The notes beneath the pieces are model-generated. The model was not told where the DNA came from and searched no databases. It worked only from the letters and a program-made list of their open reading frames with translations. A stretch of 64,000 nucleotides of DNA. It comes from Felis catus. Taxonomy: Eukaryota. The translations under genes and the position numbers were made by a program. Below, in pieces: positions 1-12,023 of this stretch. Location: positions 78,122,001-78,186,000 of the forward strand of contig NC_058368.1 in the NCBI RefSeq assembly GCF_018350175.1. The letters run 5' to 3'. Position 1 is the stretch's first letter. Each line of letters starts with the position of its first letter.

Positions 1-292
1 CCTCGTCCTCGGGCCTGCACGGCGACTCCCCTGAACGTCCACTGAGGGAGGGTGGAGGCCTCCGGACCCCAGCCCGGGTCTCCCAGCTACCGCGAGCTCC
101 GCTGGGGAGGGCCCTGGAAAGCACCAGAAGCAGCAGCAGGGCGAGCACAAGCCACCTCCCTTCGGCTTCATCCCTCTGGGAGCAGTGGGCGGGGCCTCTG
201 ACAAAGGAGGGGCCACATCCGCGCCTGCGCACTTCAGCGAAGGAGACTGGGGCGTTTCCGGCCACCTCCTTTGCTGTGGTGCCGCGCTGCAT
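1..292 (-). CDS. Candidate first coding exon (3'-incomplete) of an unidentified protein with a hydrophobic signal peptide/anchor
   Basis: Manual translation from ATG at 292 gives 97 stop-free codons to the window edge: MQRGTTAKEV...DEAEGRWLVLALLLLLVLSRALPSGARGSWETRAGVRRPPPSLSGRSGESPCRPEDE. It is absent from the ORF track because no stop lies in the window. GC-rich DNA often lacks stops by chance. Confidence 0.35.
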   Translation of the reverse strand, partial: MQRGTTAKEVAGNAPVSFAEVRRRGCGPSFVRGPAHCSQRDEAEGRWLVLALLLLLVLSRALPSGARGSWETRAGVRRPPPSLSGRSGESPCRPEDE

Positions 293-500
293 TCCGGGAG
301 TCACATGGCCTGAGGGGCGTCGGGCTGCCGGGGGTTGGCCAAGACCAGAGTCTCCCGCAGGCAGCGAACTGGAGCTCTGCAGCCTAAGGCCTGTTCCCTT
401 AAAGGGTAGGCATGGGCCCCAGTGGGTGGGCTCCAAACCCAGCAGTGAGAGAGCTGGAAGTGATGGGCGCATGCGCTGCTGAAACCTCAGGGCGGGAAGA
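1..500. promoter_or_regulatory. GC/CpG-rich promoter-like region (edge of a CpG island)
   Basis: High GC and dense CpG compared with the AT-rich remainder. Sp1 box GGGCGGGGC 187-195; NRF1-type GCGCCTGCGCA 221-231 and GCGCATGCGC 467-476; ETS cores CCGGAA on the minus strand at about 255-261 and 291-297; E-box CACATG 302-307. Confidence 0.75.
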
Positions 501-959
501 GAGTTAAGGACAGAGGCCACAGGAGGGACTCCCCCAGCTAGGACGAGACAAGGCATCTCTTTTTGACATTGTTTTATGGTTTTGAGACTGTCGGGGAATT
601 GTGCTGATTGGTGCAGAGCCCATGTTTATGTGACACCGGGGATTATTGTGGCCCAGGGGCCTGTGCCTCGGGACCTGGGTTTCCACCGTGGGACTGCTTT
701 TGTTTCCCAGCAAGCGGGCCCAGAGTAGGCTGGAGTTGGGAAAGGAAGCTGGAAAGAGCCTCCAGACCTGCTCTGGGAAGACAGGATGTTGTTGATGCCC
801 ACATGTTAGGATAAGTCCTGGCAGATCCCTCGGGGAGGCCTTTTACCTGCACCTGTATCTTTCAGACCACAGCAGGCCCAGGACACGTTGTCAACTCAAA
901 GGCAGATTCTAGCTTTGTGAATGACGTGAAGTCAGGTGTAGCACTAGAGGGGGTTTTCT

Positions 960-1186
960 TTCTTTCTTTTTTATTTTTTTTATTTGTTAACATTTATTCA
1001 TTTTGGAGAGACAGAGTGTGAGGGAGGGAGGGGCACAGAGATAGGGAGACACAGAATCTGAAGCAGGCTCCAGGCTCCGAGCTGTCAGCACAGAGCCCCG
1101 ATGCAGGGCTCAAACTCACAAGACTGTGAGATCATGACCTGAGCTGAAGTCGGACGCTTAACGGAGTGAGCCACCCAGGTGCCCCC
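960..1186 (-). mobile_element. CanSINE (SINEC_Fc-like)
   Basis: tRNA-like head, CT tract and A tail on the minus strand; degenerate TSD ctagagggggtttt/ctacagggtgtttt. Confidence 0.93.
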
Positions 1187-1317
1187 CTACAGGGTGTTTT
1201 CCAACTTCAAAAGCAATTTTAATAGAAGAAGAAAATTGGTAGTATTTTCAAGTGTGTAAGTAAACAATGTTAAAACTGTAGTTTTGTATTCAGCTCAATC
1301 ATCATTGGATTATTTCA

Positions 1318-1501
1318 TTTCTCTAAAATGTTTATTTAAGAGAGAGAGAGAAGAGGCAGAGACAAAGGAGAGAGAGAGAATCCCAAGCAGGCTCCGCACT
1401 CAGCACAGAGCCCGATGCAGGGCTTGAACCCACTAACCCTGAGATCATGACCTCAGCCAAAATCAAGGGTCAGACGCTTAACTGAGCTACCCAGATGCCC
1501 C
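1318..1501 (-). mobile_element. CanSINE
   Basis: SINEC body; TSD tggattattt at 1306 and 1502. Confidence 0.92.
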
Positions 1502-1536
1502 TGGATTATTTTTATTTCTTAAATGACAAATCTTAG

Positions 1537-1795
1537 GTGGAATTTAAGATGAACATGGGGCTGGGGGTGGCGGGGAGAGAGTGGCAAACCATAAAATAGA
1601 CTCTAAGCTCTAGAGAACAAACTGAAGGTTGCTAGAGGGAAAGGTAATGGGCTAAATGGAAAATAGATATTAAGGGAGGCACTTGTGATGAGCAACTGGG
1701 TGTTGTATGTAAGTGATGAATCATTCATTTCTACTCTTGAAACTAACTAGAATTAAGTAAATTAAATAAATAATTGAAGACAGAAAAAAAAAAAA
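1537..1795 (+). mobile_element. 5'-truncated carnivore L1 3' end (L1_Carn/L1_Fc-like)
   Basis: 3'UTR motifs gagaacaaactgaaggttgctagaggg and ctgggtgttgtatgtaagtgatgaatc; poly-A; TSD gacaaat(a)cttag at 1525 and 1796. Confidence 0.85.
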
Positions 1796-1902
1796 GACAA
1801 ATACTTAGACTGGTCCAAAAAAAAAAAAGAAAGAAAAAAACCATCAAGTCTAAACATATGCCATTTATTAGAGACAATGAGAGTTAAAACAAAGAGATGT
1901 CG

Positions 1903-2107
1903 GGGGCACCTGTGTGGCTCAGTCGGTTAATCGTCCAACTTCGGCTCAGGTCATGATCTCGCAATTTGTGAGTTCCAGCCCCACATCAGGCTCTGTGTTG
2001 ACAGCTCGGAGCCTGGAGCCTGCTTCAGATTCTGTGTCTCCCTCTCTCTCTCTGCCCCTCCCCTGCTCACGCTTTGTCTCTCAATAATAAATAAACATTA
2101 AAAAAAA
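1903..2107 (+). mobile_element. CanSINE
   Basis: ggggcacctgtgtggctcagtcggtt head, CT tract, aataaa tail. Confidence 0.94.
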
Positions 2108-2120
2108 TTTTCAGCTTTTC

Positions 2121-2344
2121 TTTTTTTAAAATTTTTTTTTTCAACGTTTATTTATTTTTGGGACAGAGAGAGACAGAGCATGAACGGGGGAGGGGCAGAG
2201 AGAGAGGGAGACACAGAATCGGAAACAGGCTCCAGGCTCTGAGCCATCAGCCCAGAGCCCGACGCGGGGCTCGAACTCCCAGACCACGAGATCGTGACCT
2301 GGCTGAAGTCAGACGCTTAACCGACTGCGCCACCCAGGCGCCCC
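2121..2344 (-). mobile_element. Young SINEC_Fc-type CanSINE
   Basis: Diagnostic ggtggcgcagtcgg...cagccaggtcacg head; 15-bp TSD aat(t/g)ttcagcttttc at 2106 and 2345. Confidence 0.96.
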
Positions 2345-2839
2345 AATGTTCAGCTTTTCAAGGCATCAGATGGTTTACCATACCAAGATCTACTTATAAT
2401 CAGTCTTAGGAAAGTACTTGAGTAAGAAGAAAGCAGTATCACGAAGGGATGGTAAGGGCAGATGGAAGTAATGGTTTCACATAACTTAGTAAAATTTAAT
2501 GTTTTCACATAAAACAAGGAGAAAAATAAAATAAAAAAGCAAGCAACCGATGTAGATCCTTATCAATTCAGATGTAGAGTCCTAGATGTTTCATGCATTG
2601 GCTGAGGAGGGGTGGAGCATGCAAAAACGGAGACAGAAATGTGAATACGAGAACCAGCAAGGATGCTCATTTTGTTGGGCTGATGATGTGGACAATGGCC
2701 AACTGTAACCAGCAGGGAAAATAATTTTACCCATCTGTTAAGAGAAGAAAAAGGACTCCTGAGACCAAAAGTTTCAAGAAGCACTGTTTTTGAGCTACAT
2801 GAAAATGTTGAAATAGGATAAACAACTCGTCTTGGATGA

Positions 2840-3065
2840 GGGGTGCCTGGGGGGCTCAGTCGGTTAAGCGTCTGACTTCGGCTCAGATCATGATCTCACA
2901 GTCTGTGAGTTCGAGCCCCGCGTTGGACTCTATGCTGACAGCCCGGAGCCTGGAGCCTGCCTCGGATTCTGTGTCTCCCAATCTCTCTCTGCCCCTCCCC
3001 CGCTCGTGCTTTGTCTCTCTCTCTCTCTCTATCTCTCAAAAATAAATAAACCTTAATTTTTTTTT
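2840..3065 (+). mobile_element. CanSINE
   Basis: Full body with a degenerate TSD. Confidence 0.94.
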
Positions 3066-3069
3066 AACG

Positions 3070-3440
3070 TCATCTTGGGTGAATCTAAAAACAATGCTGA
3101 GATATAAAAAGCATGGTCGGAGAAGAATAAATGCAGAACCAGTCCATTTTTACATAGCTGACAAAAAAGCAAAATTAAAACATGTATGTATTTTTTAGGG
3201 ACAAATCTACAAAGATATAAGAGGAAATAATTATCACTAAATTAAGAAGAGCTCATACTGGTATGATGGAACCCTGGGAACAAGACTGGGGAGTATGCCA
3301 CAGATACTTCAAAGTACTAACATACTCACTTTAGTGAAGCATTGGTCCGTTGTATCCTTATTCTTGAACTTCACATATTTGTCATACACGTGATTTTATG
3401 CACAATATATTTCCCGACATATTTTTACATGTTTATAAAA
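3070..3440 (+). mobile_element. Ancient L1 (L1ME/L1MC-like) 3' fragment
   Basis: gggtgaatctaaaaacaatgctgag...aaaaagc motif typical of old L1 3' ends; highly diverged. Confidence 0.55.
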
Positions 3441-4153
3441 TATGTATATAAATACTTATTATAATCGCTGGATTTTCTCTGCTTAATGGGTGTCACATAA
3501 CGAATTTTCATAAGTAACACACTACACGCTCGAGAAAAATTTTCATTATTGCCAATAACAGAAATTACATGAGTGGAGGCACATTCTTATTTTCTTCTGA
3601 AAATACTTCTGAAAAGAATACACACAATTCTTCCATCTGTGAGGGGTTTGAAAAGTTTGCACCATGCATTTTGATGTTTCAAATACCACTAATAAAAATT
3701 ATATGAAGTTGTCCATGCAGTGATAGTATGATAGTGCTTATAAACTGAGGCACAAAATTATTTTGAAAAGCAAAGTATATGTGATGAAATATTGTGAGTG
3801 GCACAGAAACTATAAACATTCCTTGTTTGGTTTCTCTTTGAACTTTTAAATAGGCTGATGCAATCTAATGTGTTCTTAGCTAAAAAGATTGTTTCATATA
3901 CTAAGAAAGGTGTTTTTTTTTTTAATTCCAGAATAATTTTCATGTCTGGTTAATGCTATTCCATCCATCCATCCACTCAGCAAATATGGGTCAAGTCCCC
4001 CAGAATGTCTCATACATTGTGCTAAGTATGTAACACAGATATGTAACACATACGTGTTCAGTCTTTAACACAGGATTAAAAACCAAGGGACAGGATAGGT
4101 GTGATAACATGAGATTCTGGTAGGTAAGATCCTGGCTCACCATAGGCTGTTTT

Positions 4154-4373
4154 TGTTTTTTGTTTTTTGTTTTAAGTTTATTTATTTGTTTTGAGAGAGA
4201 GAGAGGATACAAGCAGGGAAGGGGCAGAGAGAGAAGAGAAAGAGAATCCCAAGCAGGCTCTGGGCTGTCAGCACAGAGCCTGACACAGGGCTCACACTCA
4301 CAAATTCTAAGATCATGACCTGAGCCAAAACCAAGAGTCGGATGCTTAACCACCTGAGTCACCCCAGGACCCC
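4154..4373 (-). mobile_element. CanSINE
   Basis: Full body; TSD ctcaccatagg(c/t)tgtttt. Confidence 0.94.
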
Positions 4374-6079
4374 TCACCATAGGTTGTTTTAAATATTTAT
4401 TGAATAACCGATTTCTGCTTGAAAAATGAATAAATAAATTGGGAGTTTACTAGAATTCATCCAGTTAGTCTCAAAACTGGGATTTGAGCCCACTATTTGT
4501 ATCTGTAGCCTTTATATCTGTGCTGTTCATTTAGTACATATATGAATTATACCTTAATTTCCAGTTTGGGCTGCTATTTTCACCACACACCACAGCTATC
4601 CAATTGTTTGTTTTTCCTGTTTGCATTCAAACTGCCCTATGCCTTAGAAGATCAGTTTAAATGAATCAGTATATTATTGAGCTACTGTGAGATTCCAAGT
4701 GGTACCATTCCTTGTAGTTACACACATAAATTTGAGTCAGGGAAAATTTTGTATCAACAAACACATGGAATGTTTGGGGGTGATGAATGGGTTTCTCGGG
4801 AAGGAGGGCATGACTAAATCTCATCATTGCATTTTAAAAATTACATTTGAGATGTAAATTAAACTAAGAGCCTAAATTTTTAAGTGATATATGAAGATTG
4901 TCTCACTAATATTCTGGCTTCTACATACCACATTAGGGAATCACTGGGGAGATATTTCATGACAAGAAATGTATTGAGGGAATATGAAGGCCTACCTTCA
5001 TTTGTGCCAAAGATACCAAATGTTAAAAATGCAAATAGACACACTCCTTTCTCTGCATGCCTAACACTATGCAAATACAAACTTAAGGAAAGGCCCAATA
5101 TCATATGCAACACAAAAGTAAATAAGCAAGCACACTCTCTTGACATATTTTGTGGTTCAGTAATGTGAGTCTTCTGTTTACAAAGGAATTTGAAAATGCT
5201 AGTCTTCCTGTTTGTACTCTGCTGCAAGATGTCTGAGTTGGAACCTATGTGTTTTCACATAAAATTCACATGAGATTATTGATCTAAAATACATGTAAAT
5301 ATTTTTGCAAGAACCTGCATGATACAGATAATCCTTCATTACAAACAGAGCAGCAACCAGCACTGCAGGCTAATGTTTAATACACACAAGGAAGAAAAAA
5401 TAAGAAATTAAATTTAATAAGTGATGTATGATATTAGCACATACTGAGTTGTAATGAATATCCACTACATTCTGACTGATTCTACTCCATGTTATGTCAG
5501 AAGGCTATTGCTTTTACTGTTCAAAATACTTCTTTAGAATATATAATGCTTACATAAAAAGTGTGTATACCAGAATAGTACAGTTTTCATTATGTATGCA
5601 TAAACACATGGGCGTGTACAGGAAATAAAAATGTTCTGGAGATGTATTCAATTCAGAAGGAAGGCATTAGCATTTTTCTAAAATGAAGTATCTCAAAAGA
5701 ACAAAACCAGTATTATGTAATATTAAAAACATATATATCTTACATATCATTTATATTTCACAATAAAATCATATTGGAATAGCTGACCCAAACATGGGCC
5801 AGTATTTTTGTGACATGTACCAAGGCCTCTGAAGAATATGAAAAATATTGGGAAAATGCATCCAGATAAGAAAGAAGCTATCTTTAAGGCACATTATTTG
5901 GCAGGGGCCAGAATGCCTCAGTCACACCCTCTTCAATGTACCTTACACACAGTTCTCAGAGTTCTTTTTCTAACATGAAAATGTAATTACGTCACTGTCC
6001 TTTCCAATTTTTTCAAAGCCTCTTTCTTTTCTACAGGATAAAACAGAATTTCTTTGTTATAATATCATGGTCAGTTGAA

Positions 6080-8580
6080 TGTGGAAGTATAGAAAAAGAT
6101 AGTCCATGCAAATAGTAACCAAAAGAGAACTGAGGTGGCTACACTAATATATAAAAAGACTCCAAGTCAAAAATTGTCATTGAGTCAAAGAAGGACATTA
6201 TATATTGATAAAAGTGTCAATGCATCAAGAAAATATAGCAGTTATAAACATACATGCACCAAACAACAGAGACCCAAAATATATGGAGCAAGCATTGACA
6301 GAGTTGAAGGCACAAATAGACAGTTCAGCAACAGTAATTGGATACTTCAATACCCCATTTTCAATGTAGAGAACAACTAGACAGAAGATTAACAAGGAAT
6401 CTAAGGGACTTGGCCACACTGTAAATCAACTCCTCATAACAGATTTACACAGAACACTCCCACCTGACAACAGCAGGGTACACATTTTCCTCAAGTGCAC
6501 ATTGTACATTTTCCAGGATTTGTCATGTATCTTAGGCTATAAAACAAGTCTCAATAAATGTAAAGATATTGAAATCACACAAAGCATCTTTTCCAACCAC
6601 AAGAAAATGATATTAGAAATTGATAACATAAGGAAATCTGGAAATTTCACAAATAAGTGGAAATTATACAACTTACTCTCAGGGCACCTGGGTGGCCCAG
6701 TCGGTTGAGCCTCAGACTCTTGATTTTGGCTCAGGTCATGATCTCTCAGTTCATGGGCTCAAGCCCGTGTCCAGCCTCACATCAAGCTCACCATGACAAC
6801 TGACAGTGGAGAGCCTGCATGGGATTCTTTCTCTCTCTCTCTCTCTGCTCCTCCTCACTTACGTGTGCGCACACTCTCTCTCTCAAAATAAATAAACTTA
6901 AAAACAAAACAAAACAAGAACACTCTCAAGCAACCACTGGGCCAAAAAATAAATAACAAGTAAAATTAGAAAATACTGTGAAATGAATGAAAATGAAAAT
7001 ACCACATTACAAAACTTAAGAGATATGGCAAAATCAGTATTCCAAGAGAAATTCAGAACTGTAAATACCTACATTAAAGATGAGAAAGTTTGCAAATTAA
7101 CCTCCTACCTTAAGGAACAGGGAAAAGAAGAGCAAACTAAACCCAAACCAGTTAATAAGAAAAAATGTTTAGAACGGAAATAAACCAAATAAAGAATACA
7201 AAACAATAATCAAGTTGCTAGAACTTTCACCTTTGAAAATACCAACAAAATGACAAATCTTTAGCTAGACTGACTCCCCAAAGAAAGAAGACTCAAATAA
7301 CTAAAATCAGGACTAAAAGTAGACATTGCTACCGAGTATACAGAAATTTAAAAATTAAAAAGCAATTAAAATGGGAAATGAATAGTCTTTTCAACAAATG
7401 AAGCTAGGACAACACATAGACAAATGGAAAAGAATGAATTTGGATCCCTCATCACATTATTTTAAAAAATTCAAAATGGATCAGAGATTTAAACACAAGA
7501 GTTAAAAACTATCAAACCTTTAGAAGAAAATATAGGTGTAAATCTTTGTGACCTTTTAGTAGACAACACTTTCTTAAATATGGCACCAAAAGCACAAGAA
7601 AAAAAAGAAAAATGGATATATCAGACATCATCAAAATTAAAAATGTTTGTGCTTCAGAGATTACTATCAGGGAAGTCAAAAGACAAGCCACAGAATGGGA
7701 GAAAATATTTGTAAAACATATATCTGATAAGACTCAAGTTTCCAGAATACATACAGAATTTTGCAACTCAACACCAGAAGACAAACAACCCCATTAAAAA
7801 ATGAGAAAAAAGCTTCCATAGATATTTCTCCAAAGAATGTATGCACATGTCCAACAAACACATGAAAATATTCTCAGTAGGATGGAAATAGTCAGAAAAT
7901 GTGAAAAACAACAAGTATTGGCAAAGATGTGAAGAGATTGGAAGCCGCATACATTGCTGATAGGAATGTAAAGCAGTAAACCTACTATGGAAATGTTTGG
8001 TGGTTCCTCAGAATATTAAACAGAGTAACCATATAACCCAGAAATCTTACTCTTAGGTATATACCCAAGAGAATTCAAAACAAGCATAAAAACTTATACA
8101 CGAATGTTCATAACAGCATGATTCATAATATCTAAAAAGTGAGAACAACTCATACGTTCATAATGTGATGAGTAGATACACAAAAAGTGTAACCATACAA
8201 CAAAATATTTGAACATAAAAATGAAATACTGATACATGCTTCAACATGGATGAATCTTAAAAACAATATCCTCAGGGAAAGAAGCCAGGCACATATCGTG
8301 TGTCTCCATTATTATGAAATTTCTGTAATAGGGAAGTCCACACAGACAGAAAACAGATATCGTAGTTGCCAAGGGCTAAGGGCAGGGCAGGAAATGGGGT
8401 GTGGCTGCTTAATGAGTAAATGGTCTTTTTGCATAGTGATGGAAATATCATGAAATTAGATAGTGTTGATAGTTGCACAACATTTTTAGTGTCCTGAAGG
8501 CCATTCAGTTGTACACTTCAAAATGGCTTGAGTGGCAAATTCTATGTTATATGAATTTTATCTCCAATTTGAAAAAAAAA
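6080..8580 (+). mobile_element. Decayed L1 (L1MB-like): ORF2 endonuclease region, ORF2 C-terminus and 3'UTR, with the RT region deleted
   Basis: ORF2-like remnants (LGYKTSLNKCKDIEITQSIFSNH; NENENTTLQNLRDMAKSV; EVKRQATEWEKIF); L1MB-type 3' end with poly-A at about 8572. Confidence 0.9.
6682..6918 (+). mobile_element. CanSINE inserted in L1
   Basis: SINEC body interrupting L1 ORF2; actctca repeated at both flanks. Confidence 0.92.
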
Positions 8581-8926
8581 GTTCACAGTGCAATGGAAAT
8601 ACTCAATATAGGTCCTGACAGATTATATTAATGATTTCTCAATCAATTAAATACTGACTTGAGGTTATTTCTTATATCATCTAAAGCTTTATTTCCTTCC
8701 ACTTACCACAATTATTTTTGGAACATTAATGTAAACATAATATACATTAGTATTAATATGTGTAATTACCTTGTCTTCTTTTGCCTACTTGAATAATCAC
8801 TCAAATGTTAGCAGATAACTTCAGTGATGAATAAATTTTTTGTAACCTCGGTCATGTTTTTTACTGAAATCTCTTTGGCAGACATATTTTTTAAAAGAAT
8901 AAATATTTTTTAAAAGACATATTTTT

Positions 8927-9144
8927 TTTAAATTTTTTTTTCAACGTTTATTTATTTTTGGGACAGAGAGAGACAGAGCATGAACGGGGGAGGGGCAGAG
9001 AGAGAGGGAGACACAGAATCGGAAACAGGCTCCAGGCTCTGAGCCATCAGCCCAGAGCCTGACGCGGGGCTCGAACTCCCGGACCGCGAGATCGTGACCT
9101 GGCTGAAGTCGGACGCTTAACCGACTGCGCCACCCAGGCGCCCC
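8927..9144 (-). mobile_element. Young SINEC_Fc-type CanSINE
   Basis: Diagnostic head; TSD aaaagaca(t/c)atttttt at 8912 and 9145. Confidence 0.96.
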
Positions 9145-12023
9145 AAAAGACACATTTTTTAAAGGAATAAATAATGTGGCAAGAAGTCTACATCCTGAAA
9201 TCTGTACCTTGTTTTCTGTACTGTTGACAAGGGCAAAATATTTAAGTGAATGGGTACACCTTAACTATTTAGGTGACACTGTGGAGAGACCCTGGAAAAT
9301 CACTCAGCAATAAATGTGTAGAGGAAAAATAATATGAGAAGAAGACTCATTGATTTTTCAAGGAGATTACCAATGATGTAACCAGGATGTGCTAGAAGAA
9401 GCAAAATAAGAAGTAGCAGGCATCCTGGGTTCTGGGTTCCCTAAGGATGTGGAGGTTAGAGGAAACCAGTCATTCAAGAGTTATTTTATTTCTTTGTTTC
9501 ATTTTTAATCATATCTAGAAAGAAATGTTTGATTTTGCAGTGGGAAAGTGTATTGAAGGATATTTTTTGGGGGAAGCGAATTCAAGAAAAAAAAATGGTG
9601 GCTAGTTGAGTTGCTTCCTCGTTTCCTGTTCATCCCTCAGATCTGGTAACAGCTACCACAGAAGAAAGAAAAGCAGACTAAAACCCAAAATGAAAGATTT
9701 TTACATTCTGTTCTTCATGTAAAGTGTATTTGTAAAACCTTAGAAATAATTTGTTTTTATGTATTTTTTTTTCATAATCAGGGCAACATCACTAAAACAA
9801 AATCATGATGTCTCTTACAGTTGACAGTCACGGGCTGGCTGTATTTCACCCTCCGTGCTGTCTCACTGATCAGTCGTATGCCGACATGAACACTGCCACG
9901 AATATTGTTCTGCCTGTACTTAGTCTCCTTAAAATAATGTTCACCAACTAATCAAAGCCCTAGGTGAAAAAACCTATCCTCTTGGAAAGAGAGTAGTTTG
10001 AAAATTTAGAGAGAAAAGAATCTATTTGATACAAGGCAACATACCAATAAGATGAAATACAAGCAAAAAACATTACCCTATTTCTCTTTCCATTGCTTAG
10101 GTAAATTTTAGAGTGCTGGCAGATCTCTTTTCATAGTACATTAGCAGATTAAGCATATCAGAGTAAAGATAACAAGGTATGTTCTTCTCTTTAACGCACA
10201 ATTATCTGTGAAAAAAAAAATACACACTTATGCACCTTGAGTTGAAGGACTTCTTCCCCTATATCCCGACTTTTATCTGTGTTTGAAAATGAGACAAATA
10301 AGACAGATTTTCTAAAACAATGTCTTACTATGAATGAACAGTCTTCTCTTTTTAGCTCCTTGAAATCTTATTATTTCTGTTATGTAACATTTATCTAAAA
10401 ATGGAAGAGATGATGTCGAGAAAAACCAGCTAATAGTGCAGCTTTGTAACATTTAGAGGGTTAATACCAACCCAGATCCTAAGCCTGTTTTAGAATATGT
10501 GAAACTAGATTTTGCACCTGGTCATCAGTTCCACAGTACCACACTGGAACAAAAAAGAGGTACCACCGCTTAACATTGTCAAATGTGATTCAGAAATACT
10601 AATTATTAGAAACACCCTTCATTGATTCTGACCGTAAATATAATATGCATTACAAACAGGTCCTAACTGCACCTAATGCTGCTCATGTAAGAAAAGCAAA
10701 AACATTCATTTTGTAGCTAATATTAAAGCAGCTGACATCAAAATAAATCTAAAGGATAATTTAAACAAGACAGATTGGGTTTGATTAGTGAATTGAAGCA
10801 AATCAATCCTTACATACACATGTGGATGGCTAGGTTATATCTTCTAAGATATTCCCCTGGTAAGGGATATTTCTCTCTTTCTCCAATGGTTGGCTATTTA
10901 CTGGCAAGTGAACTCAGAGGGCCAGATGGCCAAAGCCATACGAGATCATTAGACAGTTCCTGTTAAGATTTTGGACGACAATTAACAGGAGCCCAGCAGG
11001 AGTCCCCCACTGTTGACCCCTAAAGGGTGGCTAACCAGCAGCATATGTGTTTATTTATACCAGCAGGCCCTTTTAATTAACAGCTCTGAGGTGTGTACTT
11101 TGTGGAACTTAGTACAGTGTATTAGGAAACAGTCCTGACAAGACCCAGTTATAAAGCACAAGTCATATTAAAATTGAAGGCAGAAGATGACAGAACGTCA
11201 AGAGGTCTAGTCACAGTACAGATGGATCAAATATTTGTAGGATCCCCCCAAAAAAGTCCTCTAGCTAGTTCCAAGGGTTGCCAAGAGTTGGTCCTGTTTT
11301 CACTCCCCTACCCCAATCTGGACAGGTTTACATCACCTATGATCATAGTACTTCACTGATACAATGTTGTTTGCAAATACTGAGTCCATAATATTCTCTT
11401 CCCTGCATCTTGCAAGTAAACCTGTTATCAACATCGATGCAGATATCATTGCAGGTATTAGATGGGCCTCATGATCTGTGCAAAACATACTCTAGGCTGT
11501 AGGGCACTGCGGATTTGACAGGAATATTGCTTCTTTAGCCAAAACGCAGACTTATAATTAATGCCTTTTAAAAATGCCATATTCAAAACCAAGAGACTAC
11601 AATTTTTTCTTTCTTTGTTTTAACCTATTTATTCTTTAAGCACATGAGATGTTATGGTTGAAGACTGATAAGGAAATAGAAACACCATCTTCAACATCAA
11701 ATTTACTCCTGTGTGAGTCACTGGATTATGATTATGTCATAAACAGTATGGCCCTCTGGCAAGAACTCCATCAATCTTGATCAAATGAATTTGTGAGAAG
11801 TGTTGGACTTAACTTCAAGGTCTCCAAAAGTAAAAGTAACCAGAAATATTAATGATGCAAACACACTAACATAAGCCAATGTTGGGATTATTCATTTTAT
11901 TTTGGAATGTTTGCTTAATTCCATCCTCAGTAAAGCAATTTTTATTCTAAAAGTACCTCTGAAAATCATATTGATATCTTTGTATAACTATTTTGCTCTT
12001 TGAATATGCATTTCATTCCCACA

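Noticed and set aside
5029..5076. Two octamer motifs ATGCAAAT 40 bp apart
   Set aside because: An AT-rich 8-mer in AT-rich DNA; no snRNA gene, PSE or other supporting context
6135..8478. Short ORFs across 6.1-8.5 kb (and 18.2-19.8 kb)
   Set aside because: Frameshifted L1 remnants with no intact ORF1 or ORF2
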